Below are positions 9,587-19,835 of a stretch of DNA of 64,000 bases, piece after piece; the stretch's first letter is position 1; each line of letters begins with the position of its first letter. Made by a program: the position numbers and the translations under genes. The stretch covers positions 581 through 64,580 of the forward strand of contig JAUZPM010000003.1 in assembly GCA_030705925.1 (NCBI GenBank), in the 5' to 3' direction. Source of the DNA: Bacillota bacterium (lineage in GTDB: Bacteria > Bacillota > Clostridia > Oscillospirales > Feifaniaceae). The notes beneath the pieces were generated by a model, which was not told the DNA's origin, made no database searches, and was given only the letters and a program-made list of their open reading frames with translations.

Positions 9587-10960
9587 ATGAAGCTATGGGC
9601 AGGACGGTTCCAGAAGGATACCGATAAACAGGTCAATGATTTTAATTCATCCATAAGCTTTGACGCGCGGCTGTACAGGGAAGATATTTCCGGAAGCATT
9701 GCTCATGCAACCATGCTTGGAGAATGCGGAATTATTACACCGGATGAGTCAGCGCAGATTATTGAGGGACTTAAAGGAATATTAGCTGATATCGAAAGCG
9801 GAAAAGTTGAGTTCACTGTTGACGCTGAAGATATACATATGAATATCGAAACGCTGCTTACGCAGCGTATCGGGGACACTGGCAAAAAGCTTCATACGGC
9901 TCGTTCACGTAACGACCAGGTTGCCCTAGATATGCGTATCTATATGAAAAAGGAAACTAAAGAAGTTATCGAGCATATTAGAAAACTGATTGAAGCTCTT
10001 GTCAAAAAAGCGGAAGACAATATTGAAACAATAATGCCGGGATATACGCATCTTCAAAGAGCGCAGCCAATAACATATGCGCATCATCTGATGGCATATG
10101 CAAACATGTTTAAAAGAGATATTGGCAGACTATCCGACGCATACGATAGGATGGATGAAATGCCTCTAGGCGCAGGCGCCCTTGCAACTACTACTTATCC
10201 TATCAAAAGGCAAAGGACAGCAGAACTGCTTGGCTTTGCGCGCATTACCGAAAATAGTCTTGATTCGGTTTCAGACCGTGATTTCGTTATAGAGGTTGCC
10301 TCGGCGCTTTCAATTATAATGATGCACCTTTCCCGTTTTTCGGAGGAGGTTATACTGTGGTGCTCATCGGAATTTGGTTTTATTGAGCTTGACGACGCTT
10401 ACTCTACCGGGTCATCAATAATGCCACAGAAGAAAAACCCCGACGTTGCAGAACTTGTACGCGGTAAAACAGGACGTGTATATGGAACCCTTATGACACT
10501 TCTTACTATGATGAAGGGGCTGCCTCTTGCCTATAACAAGGATATGCAGGAGGATAAAGAGGCTATTTTCGACGCAGTTGATACCGTAAAAATGTGCTTA
10601 TCGGTATTTACTCCAATGTTTGAAACAACCCGCCTCAAACCTCAGAATATGAAAAAGGCATGTTCCGGCGGCTTTATCAATGCGACAGACTGCGCTGATT
10701 ATCTTGTCAGAAAGGGAATGCCTTTCCGTGACGCATATAAGGTTGTGGGTGAGATCGTAAATTACTGCATTCAAAATGATGAGTATATCGAAACTCTTAC
10801 CTTAAAAGATTTTCTTTCGATCTGCGGAAAATTCGATCATACGGTTTATGACGCTATTGCGCTCCGCACCTGTGTTAATGGACGAAAGGTTGACGGAGGT
10901 CCGGCGCCGGAGGCTGTTCAAAAACAAATCAGCAGTATTAAGCAGTTTCTTGGAGAATAA
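9587..10960 (+). CDS. argH: Argininosuccinate lyase
   Basis: 457 aa. Fumarate-lyase signature GSSIMPQKKNPD. N-terminus MKLWAGRF. Confidence 0.97.
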   Translation: MKLWAGRFQKDTDKQVNDFNSSISFDARLYREDISGSIAHATMLGECGIITPDESAQIIEGLKGILADIESGKVEFTVDAEDIHMNIETLLTQRIGDTGKKLHTARSRNDQVALDMRIYMKKETKEVIEHIRKLIEALVKKAEDNIETIMPGYTHLQRAQPITYAHHLMAYANMFKRDIGRLSDAYDRMDEMPLGAGALATTTYPIKRQRTAELLGFARITENSLDSVSDRDFVIEVASALSIIMMHLSRFSEEVILWCSSEFGFIELDDAYSTGSSIMPQKKNPDVAELVRGKTGRVYGTLMTLLTMMKGLPLAYNKDMQEDKEAIFDAVDTVKMCLSVFTPMFETTRLKPQNMKKACSGGFINATDCADYLVRKGMPFRDAYKVVGEIVNYCIQNDEYIETLTLKDFLSICGKFDHTVYDAIALRTCVNGRKVDGGPAPEAVQKQISSIKQFLGE

Positions 10961-10962
10961 AA

Positions 10963-11904
10963 ATGAAAAAGATATTTATTGACGGGCGTGAAGGCACAAC
11001 AGGTCTTCAGATTGAAGACCGGCTTGCAAAAAGATCAGACATAGAGATGATTTCAATTGATGAAAGTCTTAGGAAAGATCCTGCCGCCCGTTCAAAATGT
11101 ATAAATGAATCCGATGTGACGTTTTTATGCCTTCCGGATGATGCAGCGCGTGAATCTGTGTCACTGTGCAATAATCTTGACACTATTATAATAGACGCTT
11201 CCACTGCTCACCGTACGTCACCGGAATTTGCATATGGTTTTCCGGAGCTTTCTGTTAAGTTTCGGGAAAAAATCAAAAACTCGAAACGAATTGCAGTGCC
11301 GGGCTGCCATGCCAGTGGCTTCATATCGCTGGTCTATCCGCTTGTTAAAGAAGGGCTTATCGAACCATCTTATCCGCTTTCAAGTTTTTCGGTTTCGGGA
11401 TACAGCGGGGCTGGCAAAAAAATGATTGTAAAATATCAGGACCCAGAGCGTTCTCCATCTTTCGACAGCCCGCGCCAGTATGCACTCGGCCAAACCCATA
11501 AGCATCTTCCCGAGATGACTGCGGTATGCGGTCTTGAAAATCCTCCCCTATTTTCCCCTTTAATTTGCGATTATTATGCGGGCATGGCTGTAAGCGTCCC
11601 GATTTACTCTAGGTTAATGAAAAAGAAAATGTCACTGACAGAACTTCATAACTTTTACAAAGAGTATTATAGTGATACTAGATTCCTCAAAGTAGTAGAA
11701 ACAATGGGATCAGATGTTCTGACGGATGGATTTTTGGAAGCCAATACGCTTATTGGTACGAACAACATGCAGCTTTTCATATGCGGTAACGATGAAAGAA
11801 TACTTCTCTGTTCGAGGTTTGATAACTTAGGAAAAGGGGCTTCGGGTGCTGCGGTGCAGTGTATGAATATCGCCCTCGGACTTGCTGAGGACACTGGATT
11901 ATAA
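10963..11904 (+). CDS. argC: N-acetyl-gamma-glutamyl-phosphate reductase (short type-2 form)
   Basis: 313 aa. GREGTTGLQI N-terminus, active-site PGCHASGF. Confidence 0.93.
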   Translation: MKKIFIDGREGTTGLQIEDRLAKRSDIEMISIDESLRKDPAARSKCINESDVTFLCLPDDAARESVSLCNNLDTIIIDASTAHRTSPEFAYGFPELSVKFREKIKNSKRIAVPGCHASGFISLVYPLVKEGLIEPSYPLSSFSVSGYSGAGKKMIVKYQDPERSPSFDSPRQYALGQTHKHLPEMTAVCGLENPPLFSPLICDYYAGMAVSVPIYSRLMKKKMSLTELHNFYKEYYSDTRFLKVVETMGSDVLTDGFLEANTLIGTNNMQLFICGNDERILLCSRFDNLGKGASGAAVQCMNIALGLAEDTGL

Positions 11905-11926
11905 TATAGTATGTGAGGTTTTGGAC

Positions 11927-13150
11927 ATGAAAAAGATTTCGGGCGGGGTGACTGCTCCAAAAGGGTTTAAAGCATCTGGTGTGCATTGCGGTCTGCGCAA
12001 GAATAAAACCAAAAAGGATCTTGCACTGATTGTTTCCGACGTGCTTTGTGACGCCGCTGCCGTTTATACGACGAATCTTGTTAAGGGAGCACCGATTGCC
12101 GTAACACAGGATACCTTAAAAAATCATAAGGCACAGGCGATAGTATGCAACAGCGGAATTGCAAACACATGTGCCCCAGACGGCATTGAAAAAGCAACCA
12201 TAATGGCAGAGGAAACCGCCAAAACACTTGGAATTTCAAAAGATGATATTATTGTTGCATCAACAGGGGTAATAGGGCCATCCCTTAATATAAACGCAAT
12301 AATTTCGGGCCTGCCGGAGGCAAAGGATTGTCTTGACGCAGGAAGCACAGCGAGCAACAGCGCCGCTCACGCTATAATGACCACCGATACGATAGTTAAA
12401 AAGGTGGCCATTTCCTTTTTAATAGGAGATAAGGAAGTTAGAATCGGGGGCATAGCCAAAGGGTCGGGCATGATATGCCCCAACATGGCTACAATGCTTA
12501 GCTTTCTTACTACTGACGCAAATATTGACGGTGAAATACTTCAAAAGGCTTTATCAGAATGTATAGCAGATACATTTAATATGGTCAGCGTTGACGGGGA
12601 CACCAGCACGAATGATATGGTAAGCGTTATGGCATCCGGCCTTGCTGGCAATACAAGAATAACTGATGTAAGTAGTTCTGAGTATAAGGCATTTAAAAAT
12701 AATCTATTGTTTGCTTGTAAAAATCTTGCAATGAAAGTCGCCAGTGACGGCGAAGGTGCTACAAAACTCATTGAGTGTAATGTGAAAGATGCGCCTGATA
12801 TAAATACAGCAAAGGTTTGCGCAAAATCCGTGATAAAATCTCCGCTTGTTAAAACGGCGATGTTCGGCGCCGACGCAAACTGGGGGCGTGTGCTTTGTGC
12901 TTTGGGCTATGCAGGCGTGCCACTTAATGTTGAAAAGATCGATGTCGATTTTGTCTCTGACGCAGGAACTATTCCGGTTTGCAGAGGAGGCCACGGCGTT
13001 GCGTTTTCTGAGGAAAAGGCAAAGATTATTTTATCTGAAGATGTCGTTATAATAGATGTATGTTTAAATAACGGAGAATCCAGCGCGACAGCATGGGGCT
13101 GTGATCTTACTTACGACTATGTCAAAATAAACGGCGATTACAGGACCTAA
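11927..13150 (+). CDS. argJ: Bifunctional glutamate N-acetyltransferase / amino-acid acetyltransferase
   Basis: ArgJ-like sequence with autocleavage site PNMATMLSFLTTDA. Start trimmed to ATG 11927 (MKKISGGVTAPKGF), downstream of the argC stop. Confidence 0.95.
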   Translation: MKKISGGVTAPKGFKASGVHCGLRKNKTKKDLALIVSDVLCDAAAVYTTNLVKGAPIAVTQDTLKNHKAQAIVCNSGIANTCAPDGIEKATIMAEETAKTLGISKDDIIVASTGVIGPSLNINAIISGLPEAKDCLDAGSTASNSAAHAIMTTDTIVKKVAISFLIGDKEVRIGGIAKGSGMICPNMATMLSFLTTDANIDGEILQKALSECIADTFNMVSVDGDTSTNDMVSVMASGLAGNTRITDVSSSEYKAFKNNLLFACKNLAMKVASDGEGATKLIECNVKDAPDINTAKVCAKSVIKSPLVKTAMFGADANWGRVLCALGYAGVPLNVEKIDVDFVSDAGTIPVCRGGHGVAFSEEKAKIILSEDVVIIDVCLNNGESSATAWGCDLTYDYVKINGDYRT

Positions 13151-13176
13151 TGGTTGCTATATTACAGGAGGCAGAT

Positions 13177-14037
13177 ATGAGTGTCAGCAATTTTGAACGT
13201 GCGCATATATTAGCACAGGCTCTTCCGTATATCCAGGAATATAATAAGAAAACAGTTGTAATAAAATACGGCGGCAATGCGATGACAAGTGAAGTTTTAA
13301 AGCAGGCAGTTATGACTGACATAGTTTTGTTGCCGCTGGTTGGAATCAATGTTGTCCTCGTGCACGGCGGCGGCCCGGAAATAAACGAAATGCTTGAAAA
13401 GATCGGAAAGCAGTCAAAGTTTGTCAACGGACTTAGATATACAGACTCTGAAACAATGGATATTGTTCAGATGGTTTTGTGCGGCAAGGTCAATAAAGAT
13501 CTGGTTTCGCTGATACATGCGCAGGGCGGCCGCGCGGTAGGGCTTTGCGGCCTGGATGGCGGAATGCTGGAAGCGGAAAAATTATGCGGAGATAACGTAG
13601 ATTATGGTTATGTCGGCGAAATAACTGCTGTAAATGCATCACTTATACATGATATAATTAACGACAATGCTGTTCCTGTTATTTCGACGGTTGCCCGCGG
13701 AAAAGACGGCGAAGTTTACAATATAAACGCCGACACTGCAGCCGCAAAAATTGCAGTGGCACTTAATGCCGAAAAACTGATACTCCTAACTGATATTAAA
13801 GGAGTATTACGTGACCCTAAGGATGAGGAAAGTCTTATCACAACGATAAAAGTCGATGAAATAGACAAACTGATTGACGACGGCATTATCAGCGGCGGAA
13901 TGATTCCCAAAATCAAATGCTGCGGAGACGCCGTAAAAGGCGGCGTCAAACGCGCCCATATCATTGACGGACGTATCCCCCATTCCATACTTATCGAGCT
14001 TTTGACCGATGAAGGCATCGGCACAATGTTTTATTGA
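13177..14037 (+). CDS. argB: Acetylglutamate kinase
   Basis: VVIKYGGNAM and VLVHGGGP motifs. Start trimmed to ATG 13177, preceded by AGGAGG. Confidence 0.95.
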   Translation: MSVSNFERAHILAQALPYIQEYNKKTVVIKYGGNAMTSEVLKQAVMTDIVLLPLVGINVVLVHGGGPEINEMLEKIGKQSKFVNGLRYTDSETMDIVQMVLCGKVNKDLVSLIHAQGGRAVGLCGLDGGMLEAEKLCGDNVDYGYVGEITAVNASLIHDIINDNAVPVISTVARGKDGEVYNINADTAAAKIAVALNAEKLILLTDIKGVLRDPKDEESLITTIKVDEIDKLIDDGIISGGMIPKIKCCGDAVKGGVKRAHIIDGRIPHSILIELLTDEGIGTMFY

Positions 14038-14050
14038 TTGTGAGGGCGTT

Positions 14051-15238
14051 ATGATAGACAAGATTAAAGATAACGATAAAAAGTATATAATGAACACTTA
14101 CGGCAGATATGATGCGCTGTTTGTGTCTGGCGAAGGTGCTACGCTTACAGATGATACCGGAAAGAAATATATAGATTTTTCCAGCGGTATCGGTGTTTCA
14201 AGTTTGGGATACGGAAATGCGGCAATTGCTGAAGCTGTGGGTAATCAGGCATCGGTTTTATGCCATGTTTCAAACCTTTTCTACACTAAACCTATGGTTG
14301 AAGTTGCGCGGAAGTTATGCTCAAATACAGGATTTGCAAGGGTGTTTTTCGGGAACTCAGGCGCTGAAGCAAATGAGTGTGCAATCAAACTTGCCCGTAA
14401 ATACAGTTTCGACAAATATGGAAAAGACAGAAATACAATAATAACGCTTGTTCAATCCTTTCATGGCAGAACAGTTACAACGCTTTCTGCGACAGGGCAG
14501 GATGATTTCCATAAATACTTTTTCCCTTTCACAGGTAGTTTCCGAAATGCAGTAGCAAACGATGCAGAAAGCCTGACCGCAGCTGTTGATGACAGCGTTT
14601 GCGCAATCATGCTTGAAGCTATTCAGGGTGAGGGCGGTGTTATTCCTCTTGCAGCTGAATTTGTGAGCGAGATTTATAAAATTGCTGCAAAGCATGATAT
14701 TCTTGTGATTTTCGATGAAGTTCAAACGGGTATCGGCAGGACGGGTAAGCTGTTCGGATATCAGCATTTCGATGGAACGCCTGATATTGTTACAATGGCT
14801 AAGGGACTTGGCGGAGGACTTCCTATTGGAGCTTGCATGTGCAATGAAAAGCTGAAAGATGTATTGAGACCGGGAGACCACGGCTCAACTTTCGGCGGCA
14901 ATCCTGTATCTTGTGCCGCAGCCAACGTTGTAATGGATACAATTACAAAACAGGCTTTTCTTGCCGCTGTCACTGAAAAAGGAGATTATATAAAAGCGAA
15001 ACTCAGCAAAGCAAATATCCCGTCAGTTGAAGCTGTTAAGGGCTGGGGGCTGATGGTAGGGATAAAGCTTTCCAAGAAGGACGCTAAAGTGGTCGTGAAG
15101 AAATGCCTTGAAAAGGGGCTTGTAGTGCTGACTGCAAAAGGAAATGTTGTTCGTCTCCTTCCCCCGCTTGTAATCTCGTATGATGAACTTAACCGGGGAC
15201 TTGGCATACTTATCAATGTACTGGAGGAAGAAGATTAA
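14051..15238 (+). CDS. argD: Acetylornithine aminotransferase
   Basis: Class-III aminotransferase: FDEVQTGIGRTGKLF, PLP-lysine region TMAKGLGGG. Start trimmed to ATG 14051. Confidence 0.93.
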   Translation: MIDKIKDNDKKYIMNTYGRYDALFVSGEGATLTDDTGKKYIDFSSGIGVSSLGYGNAAIAEAVGNQASVLCHVSNLFYTKPMVEVARKLCSNTGFARVFFGNSGAEANECAIKLARKYSFDKYGKDRNTIITLVQSFHGRTVTTLSATGQDDFHKYFFPFTGSFRNAVANDAESLTAAVDDSVCAIMLEAIQGEGGVIPLAAEFVSEIYKIAAKHDILVIFDEVQTGIGRTGKLFGYQHFDGTPDIVTMAKGLGGGLPIGACMCNEKLKDVLRPGDHGSTFGGNPVSCAAANVVMDTITKQAFLAAVTEKGDYIKAKLSKANIPSVEAVKGWGLMVGIKLSKKDAKVVVKKCLEKGLVVLTAKGNVVRLLPPLVISYDELNRGLGILINVLEEED

Positions 15239-16140
15239 TGAAACACTTACTGAAAATGCTGGATCTTTCAAGTGAAGAAATATATGATCTATTAGATCTT
15301 GCGGATAAACTTAAGTCTGACCGTAAACAAGGAATACCGCATCCAATACTCAAAGGCAAAACGCTAGGCATGATCTTTCAAAAATCATCGACCAGGACAC
15401 GAGTTTCCTTTGAAACAGGGATGTATCAGCTTGGCGGTTATGCCCTGTTTTTATCATCAAATGATCTGCAGATTGGAAGAGGAGAACCTGTTCAGGATAC
15501 CGCACGGGTGCTGTCACGTTACCTTGACGGAATAATGATAAGGACATTTGCCCAAAAAGAGGTCGAAGATCTTGCAAACTTTGGATCGATTCCTATAATA
15601 AACGGGCTAACTGATTTTTGTCATCCATGTCAGGTGCTTGCAGATTTAATGACGATAAGGGAATTCAAGGGCAAGCTTGAAGGCTTGAAGATGGCTTATA
15701 TCGGTGATGGAAATAACATGGCAAACTCGCTTATAGTAGGCGGTTTGAAAACTGGGATGGCGGTGTCTGTCGCAACGCCCGAAGCGTATGAACCGGATAA
15801 AATCGTTTTGGATTACGCATCAAAACAAAAAGATTTTAACTTGACTCATGATATTAAAGAGGCAGTAAAGGATGCAGACGTTGTATTTACAGATGTTTGG
15901 GCGAGCATGGGTCAGGAAGGTGAGGCTGCAAAACGCCGGGTAGCATTTAACGGATATCAGATAAGTGAAGAGCTGCTGAAGTTTGCAAAGCCTGATGTTA
16001 TGGTTCAGCATTGCCTGCCGGCTCATCGCGGAGAAGAAATAACTGAAGCTGTTTTCGAAGCACATTCAAACGAAATATTCGAAGAAGCTGAAAACAGGCT
16101 TCATATACAAAAGGCTGTTATGGTTACATTAATGAAATAA
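15238..16140 (+). CDS. argF: Ornithine carbamoyltransferase
   Basis: 300 aa. STRTRVSFE and HCLPAHRGEE motifs. ATG overlaps the argD stop (TAATG). Confidence 0.95.
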   Translation: MKHLLKMLDLSSEEIYDLLDLADKLKSDRKQGIPHPILKGKTLGMIFQKSSTRTRVSFETGMYQLGGYALFLSSNDLQIGRGEPVQDTARVLSRYLDGIMIRTFAQKEVEDLANFGSIPIINGLTDFCHPCQVLADLMTIREFKGKLEGLKMAYIGDGNNMANSLIVGGLKTGMAVSVATPEAYEPDKIVLDYASKQKDFNLTHDIKEAVKDADVVFTDVWASMGQEGEAAKRRVAFNGYQISEELLKFAKPDVMVQHCLPAHRGEEITEAVFEAHSNEIFEEAENRLHIQKAVMVTLMK

Positions 16141-16143
16141 AAA

Positions 16144-16182
16144 GATAGGAGACACGGTTTTTCTGTGCCTCCTATCTTTTTA
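16144..16182 (+). terminator. Rho-independent terminator of the arg operon
   Basis: GATAGGAGACAC pairs with GTGCCTCCTATC (one A-C mismatch, 9-nt loop), followed by TTTTT. Confidence 0.75.
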
Positions 16183-16364
16183 TACTTTAGTCCTAAGCCT
16201 CAGATGGTGTTTTGCCTAAAAAATGAGTGGCCTTCGCATTTTTGGTTAGCGGTTTGACTTTCTTAATGCTTTTTTCTTTTTCGTGTGAAACTTATGATAT
16301 AATTATTTTAAGACTTTTGTATCATACTTTTGTCTCGTAATTTCCAGTTATATTTGATTTATTT

Positions 16365-17024
16365 TTGGGTGCGTTAAATAGAAAGAAAGAGGATAAAATA
16401 TTGTACAGATTGAATGACAAACCAAAGAGCTACCTTTTCGTATTAATATTGGGATTAGCAGCAGGATTGCTTACTGTGCTTTTAGATTTTTTTCCATGTA
16501 AAAATATCTGGACTTTTAGCTCGTTTAGCGGCTCACTTGGCTTTTGGGCTTTTACTACATCGGTCATCGTATATCTAAGCGATAAAATGAAAACGGCAGG
16601 TTTTAACACATTTATATATTTGTGTTCTATGAGCATAGCGTTTTATGTTTTTAAGGGTATTGTCAGTTATTACAGTGGTTATACAGATTTTGTTCGTGAT
16701 TATACTGATCTTGCTGTAATGTGGATTATAATATCCTTTGTTTGCGGTTTTTTAGGATTACTTGTTTGGTATGCAAAAAAGGATGGGTGGTTTTCGTCTT
16801 TTATTTTTGCACTGCCGATTAGTGTAATGCTTACGGAAGGGATAGAGTTATTAATGAAGCAAGTTATAGCTAAGCATAGGTACTTGTTTCAGACGATCTT
16901 CAATTTTGTTTTCTCGTTTATACTTTTTTGGTGTTTTTCAAATAAACAAAAAAAGAAGCAAGCAATTATTTTTATAATTCCGCTGACGATCGTATTTTGC
17001 CTTGCATTGTTTTTTATTTGGTAA
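16365..17024 (+). CDS. Hypothetical multi-pass membrane protein
   Basis: 219 aa with about 6 TM helices. Non-ATG start (TTG 16365, or TTG 16401 after AAAGAGG). Extended -10 TGATATAAT at 16295-16303. Confidence 0.55.
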   Translation: MGALNRKKEDKILYRLNDKPKSYLFVLILGLAAGLLTVLLDFFPCKNIWTFSSFSGSLGFWAFTTSVIVYLSDKMKTAGFNTFIYLCSMSIAFYVFKGIVSYYSGYTDFVRDYTDLAVMWIIISFVCGFLGLLVWYAKKDGWFSSFIFALPISVMLTEGIELLMKQVIAKHRYLFQTIFNFVFSFILFWCFSNKQKKKQAIIFIIPLTIVFCLALFFIW

Positions 17025-17118
17025 ATAAGCAGCATTCAAATGGCTTTAGCACATTGCATATTATTTCTTTCATTTTATTTAGCTAGCGATTTTCTCGGTT
17101 ACAAGTCAGGGCGTCGAA

Positions 17119-18870
17119 TCAAAAACCAGCTACACTATTTTGTTCAATAGAAGCAGTTTGCTGCAATGCTTTTTTAAATCTTTGCATAGTTCCTGGTGGA
17201 AATTTTGGCGTTCTATCGTAATAGTAAAGTCCGTTTACCTCCTGCTCTACGTCGTAAAGCTGTGTATAACAGAGAGCGAAAATACGGGGGTTTGTAAGCA
17301 GTATATCTGCCATTCCTTCAAAACGTTCAGCAAATTCTTCTATACTTTCGGGTCTCGTGCCATAGCCCCAGCCCTTCTCGTCTTTTGAATTCCACCAGAT
17401 TCCTCCGTATTCGCTTACAAAATACGGCTGTCCCATATAAGTCTGGCGGTCTTTGTGATTATCATAAACATGTTCGTTATCAGACATAACGGAAAAGTTT
17501 TCTCTGAATTTATCCACATCCTGTTCGTAAGTATGGATATCATAAATATCGGTAATAACATGAAAATTGCCGCTGGTATCTATAACAGGCCGTGTTTTGT
17601 CTACCGCTTTTGTTAAAAGATAGATATCTTTAAGAAGTGCATTATTCTGCCTGCTGCCGTTAACATCCCATGTTTCGTTAAACGGGCACCAACCGATAAG
17701 AGCAGGGCTGTTATAATCCCGTTCAACCGCTTCGAGCCACTCTGGCATAAATATGCCTAAGGCGCTTGCTTTGGTGTGATCAAAGCCCCAGTTTCCGTAT
17801 TCTCCCCAGACGATATATCCGAGCTTATCAGCCCAGTATAAAAAACGGCGCTCAAACACCTTTTGATGAAGCCGTGCCCCGTTAAAACCTAAAGCTAAAG
17901 AAAGTTCGATATCGCGCCTCAGCGCCTCGTCGGAAGGCGCAGTATAGATACCGCCCGGATAGTATCCCTGATCAAGAACCAGCCGCTGAAAAACGGGTTT
18001 TCCGTTTATTAATACGCAGTTACCTGCAATTTCGATAGTGCGCATGCCGAAATATCCGGTAATTTTATCCTCTTTGCCATCAGATGAAAGTGTTAGTTCA
18101 ATATCGTATAGTTTTGGATCAAGCGGCTGCCAGATATGAAGTTCAGATAGTTTAAGTGTAAAGTTTGCAGAAGAACCGTTTGAGGTTGCAGTAGTATGAC
18201 CGACTTCCTTTCCCTCATAATAGGCTTTTGCCGCTATATGTTTTTTCTGGTATGAGCTCGATAAATACATGGAAATGTGTACACATCCGTTATCGATGTC
18301 AGGTGTGATCTTATATGATTTTATGTGAGTTTCGGGCACAGATTCAAGCCAGACAGTTTGCCAGATGCCCGTAACTCTTGTGTATAGGCAGCCTTTGGAA
18401 TTATAATGATTGCTTTGTTTGCCGCTGGGCTGAAGACCAGTTCTGTTGTCATCCTCTACGCAGACTGTTAGTGTGTTTTCACCATCTGTTACAAGCGCTG
18501 ATATATCAAATGTAAATGGAGTATATCCGCCCTTGTGCCTTCCTGCTGATGTCCCGTTTATCCATACTTCGCAGTCGTAATCTACAGCTTCAAAGTGAAT
18601 CAAAATACGGTTTTTTCTCCATTCCTGCGGCACGGAAAAAGTGCGTCGGTACCAGACTGAGTTCATAAAGTCAGTGTACTCTATACCCGATAGTTTGCTT
18701 TCGGGACAGAATGGAACAAGAATCTCACGTTCGAACTTATCTTTATGAATGAGATGACGTTCTCTGCCAGTTTTACCGAAATCAAATTCAAACTCCCATA
18801 AACCGTTTAGATTGACCCAATCTTTTCTGACCATCTGGGGACGGGGATATTCTTCTCTAGGTATATTCAT
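17119..18870 (-). CDS. Glycoside hydrolase family 2 protein (beta-galactosidase/glucuronidase-like)
   Basis: 583 aa. N-terminal LNGLWEFEFD sugar-binding pattern, candidate acid/base FNETW and nucleophile SEYG motifs. Confidence 0.85.
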   Translation of the reverse strand: MNIPREEYPRPQMVRKDWVNLNGLWEFEFDFGKTGRERHLIHKDKFEREILVPFCPESKLSGIEYTDFMNSVWYRRTFSVPQEWRKNRILIHFEAVDYDCEVWINGTSAGRHKGGYTPFTFDISALVTDGENTLTVCVEDDNRTGLQPSGKQSNHYNSKGCLYTRVTGIWQTVWLESVPETHIKSYKITPDIDNGCVHISMYLSSSYQKKHIAAKAYYEGKEVGHTTATSNGSSANFTLKLSELHIWQPLDPKLYDIELTLSSDGKEDKITGYFGMRTIEIAGNCVLINGKPVFQRLVLDQGYYPGGIYTAPSDEALRRDIELSLALGFNGARLHQKVFERRFLYWADKLGYIVWGEYGNWGFDHTKASALGIFMPEWLEAVERDYNSPALIGWCPFNETWDVNGSRQNNALLKDIYLLTKAVDKTRPVIDTSGNFHVITDIYDIHTYEQDVDKFRENFSVMSDNEHVYDNHKDRQTYMGQPYFVSEYGGIWWNSKDEKGWGYGTRPESIEEFAERFEGMADILLTNPRIFALCYTQLYDVEQEVNGLYYYDRTPKFPPGTMQRFKKALQQTASIEQNSVAGF

Positions 18871-19013
18871 ATCAAACTCCCATACTGCTTATTAGCTGCT
18901 AGTTTAGCTTAAATTCAGCTTCCTTAAGTATTGTACATTCAATAAAATATTCATCAATGAGTTTTTCTGCTGAAAGATTGACATTTTGTTTTATAATGTT
19001 ATAAATATAGCAG

Positions 19014-19835
19014 GTGGTGATTTCTATGGATACTAAGTATCATGTAATCAGATTAATGCCGGGAGGCACTGAAAAAAAGGGCTTTGTCCTCGACAGACCA
19101 AATGGAACTGACGATTATTTATTAATCCATTTTAAATCACCTGTTTTATTGCTGCAGGAACATGAAATAAAACCTATTGAAGCTGATACATGTATACTAT
19201 TCCCGCCCGGTACGCCCCACTGGTTTTCCTCGCTGGACTGCCAACTTGTGCATGACTGGGTTCATTTTACCCCGAAAGACCCTGAAAGACTTTTTTCACT
19301 GGGGATTCCGATCAATAAAACATTTATGCTTAGTAGAGTGGATTTTATAACGATGGAACTCTCCGTTTGCCACTTTGAGATAATTAATCATGATTTTATG
19401 TGGGAGGAAAGCGTAAGCGCCCATCTTGAGCTCCTTCTAATACGTATTGCAAGAGAATTATCAAATGAAAACAAGGGATTAAACAGCCGTTACTTATATG
19501 AAATGCATGACCGTTTTAATAAGTTTAGGCTTGAACTTTACAGGCAATCTGATAAGGATTGGGATATTGATAAAATGGCTGACTGCCTTTCACTCAGTCG
19601 TTCTCGTTTTTCCGTGCTTTACAGATTGTTTTATGATATATCGCCTAAAGAAGATCTTATCAGCGCCCGTTTAAACAGGGCAAAAAGTCTTCTTCAAAAC
19701 AGCAGCCTGACAGTCGCGCAGGTTGCGGAGCTGTCAGGCTATACAAATACATATCATTTTATCCGCCAGTTTAAAGAGCGGGAAGGTATTCCGCCCAATA
19801 CATTCAGAAAACAGATTATTCCGGCAGATCGGTAA
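19014..19835 (+). CDS. AraC family transcriptional regulator
   Basis: 273 aa. N-terminal cupin-like sensor, C-terminal HTH_18 (VAQVAELSGYTNTYHFIRQFKEREGIPPNTFRK). ATG 19026 is the likelier start. Confidence 0.9.
   Translation: MVISMDTKYHVIRLMPGGTEKKGFVLDRPNGTDDYLLIHFKSPVLLLQEHEIKPIEADTCILFPPGTPHWFSSLDCQLVHDWVHFTPKDPERLFSLGIPINKTFMLSRVDFITMELSVCHFEIINHDFMWEESVSAHLELLLIRIARELSNENKGLNSRYLYEMHDRFNKFRLELYRQSDKDWDIDKMADCLSLSRSRFSVLYRLFYDISPKEDLISARLNRAKSLLQNSSLTVAQVAELSGYTNTYHFIRQFKEREGIPPNTFRKQIIPADR

Noticed and set aside
14357-14881. 174-aa minus-strand ORF inside argD
   Set aside because: It is an antisense shadow ORF. The plus strand encodes a complete class-III aminotransferase.
16200-16260. 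17-codon ORF (MVFCLKNEWPSHFWLAV) after the arg terminator, and a similar 17-codon ORF at about 58039-58092
   Set aside because: They have no RBS and no recognisable leader-peptide logic, and they are too short to support.
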